Shown here piece by piece: positions 28,980-29,888 of a DNA stretch of 29,888 nt. The stretch is from assembly GCA_938005345.1 (NCBI GenBank), contig CALLNG010000473.1:1-29888 (forward strand), read 5' to 3'. Source of the DNA: an uncultured Clostridia bacterium. Lineage in GTDB: Bacteria > Bacillota > Clostridia > RUG12999. The notes below the pieces were generated by a model. That model was not told where the DNA came from. It ran no database searches and saw nothing but the letters and a program-made list of their open reading frames with translations. Positions within the stretch are counted from its first letter, which is position 1; each line of letters opens with the position of its first letter. The position numbers were made by a program, and so were the translations under genes.

Positions 28980-29888
28980 TTATTTTTGCGCAAGCAACCG
29001 CCAGACAACCACAATGGCCTGCTCCCGCAGCGCGTTTTGCTGCGGCGCAAAGGATCCATCCTCCATGCCCTGTATCAAGCCAAGTTGCTGCGCCTGGTGT
29101 ACTGCATCTTTGGCCCAGTCAGAAATGGCCGCTTCATCGGAAAATTCCTCCACAGGGCCAGCCGGCTGTGTGTTTCCGTTTTGCAGCGCATAAGCCCGTG
29201 TCAGCATACACGCCATCTCCTCGCGCGTAATCAGTCCGTTGGGATTTGCATAGCCGCCGCTGCCCTCCAAAAGGCCGTTTTGCGCTGCTGCCGTTAGGAT
29301 GTCTGCATACCAGTCTCCTGCGGACACGTCTGCAAACTCACCCTCGTAGCTTACCTCCGGCAAATCCAGTGCGCGTACCAGCATGGCGGTAAACTCCGCG
29401 CGGGTGGTGGGCTGCTGCAATCCCAGCGAATCCTCGTTGACGCCACTGACAATACCGCTCTCCACCATTTCTGTAATTTCCTTCTGCGCCCAATGCCCTT
29501 GCAGTTCCGCTTGCATACCGTCCGTCAAAGTTCCGTCCGGCGTGGGCGTTGGCATCGGTGTTGGTGTGGGTGTTGGCGTTGGCGTTGGAGTAGACGGAAT
29601 AACCGTTCCGCTGCCACCGCTTGGACGGCTTCCGCCGCCGCTGCTGCCGGAACCGCCCGTCCCATGTCCACCGTCCGGATTGACCGGCTTGGAACCATCT
29701 GTGGGATTGCCGTCCGAAATGTCGGTATCATCTCCCAAAAACGGCGTGCCAAAGTAAACGTAAACACCTTCCTGCGCGAAGGGGATCTCTTCTATCACCG
29801 TGCCGTTTTGGTTGGTATAGGTCAACTTATTAATGACTTTATCCGAATAAATGGCAATGTTTTTCCAGCTGCCATCCTCATTTTTTAG
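28980..29888 (-). CDS. C-terminal part of an S-layer-homology (3x SLH) cell-surface protein, 5' end outside the window
   Basis: The frame is open to the window edge (LKNEDGSWKNIAIYSDKVINKLTY...); Gly/Ser and Pro-Thr linker, then three SLH repeats ending TRAE, TREE, LREQ. Confidence 0.92.
   Translation of the reverse strand, partial: LKNEDGSWKNIAIYSDKVINKLTYTNQNGTVIEEIPFAQEGVYVYFGTPFLGDDTDISDGNPTDGSKPVNPDGGHGTGGSGSSGGGSRPSGGSGTVIPSTPTPTPTPTPTPMPTPTPDGTLTDGMQAELQGHWAQKEITEMVESGIVSGVNEDSLGLQQPTTRAEFTAMLVRALDLPEVSYEGEFADVSAGDWYADILTAAAQNGLLEGSGGYANPNGLITREEMACMLTRAYALQNGNTQPAGPVEEFSDEAAISDWAKDAVHQAQQLGLIQGMEDGSFAPQQNALREQAIVVVWRLLAQK

Noticed and set aside
29539..29595. GGYGTK-type 6-bp tandem repeats as a CRISPR array or VNTR
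   Set aside because: They encode the Pro-Thr linker of the SLH protein; there is no repeat-spacer structure.

Overview
Chromosomal-looking DNA from a spore-forming Firmicute (class Clostridia), rich in glycan-degrading and housekeeping genes. I found no CRISPR array, transposase, integrase, phage gene or rRNA. From left to right: a Trp-specifier T-box riboswitch leading into a gene that leaves the window; an AIM24/TIGR00266 gene; a 166-bp fully palindromic MITE/REP-like element; GH95 and GH29 alpha-L-fucosidases; TspO; a stalk+CAP protein; DUF1905; an Fe-alcohol dehydrogenase; a secreted PL8 lyase interrupted by one in-frame TAG; a MATE pump; a decaying AT-richer islet around tRNA-Thr/tRNA-Tyr (frameshifted APH-like kinase and Arr-like gene); a flavin reductase-aminotransferase-nitroreductase operon; copA-csoR with its operator; mnmG; DUF2264; YyaL; an XRE regulator; a lipoprotein; a beta-propeller glycoside hydrolase; and the 3' end of an SLH surface protein. 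I cannot demonstrate a new biological system from the sequence alone. The best leads are the palindromic element, the in-frame TAG in the PL8 gene, the Arr-like family, an orphan promoter-terminator unit next to the XRE gene, and a possible compositional or assembly break near 5.9 kb. Family calls come from motif recognition by eye, not from database searches.
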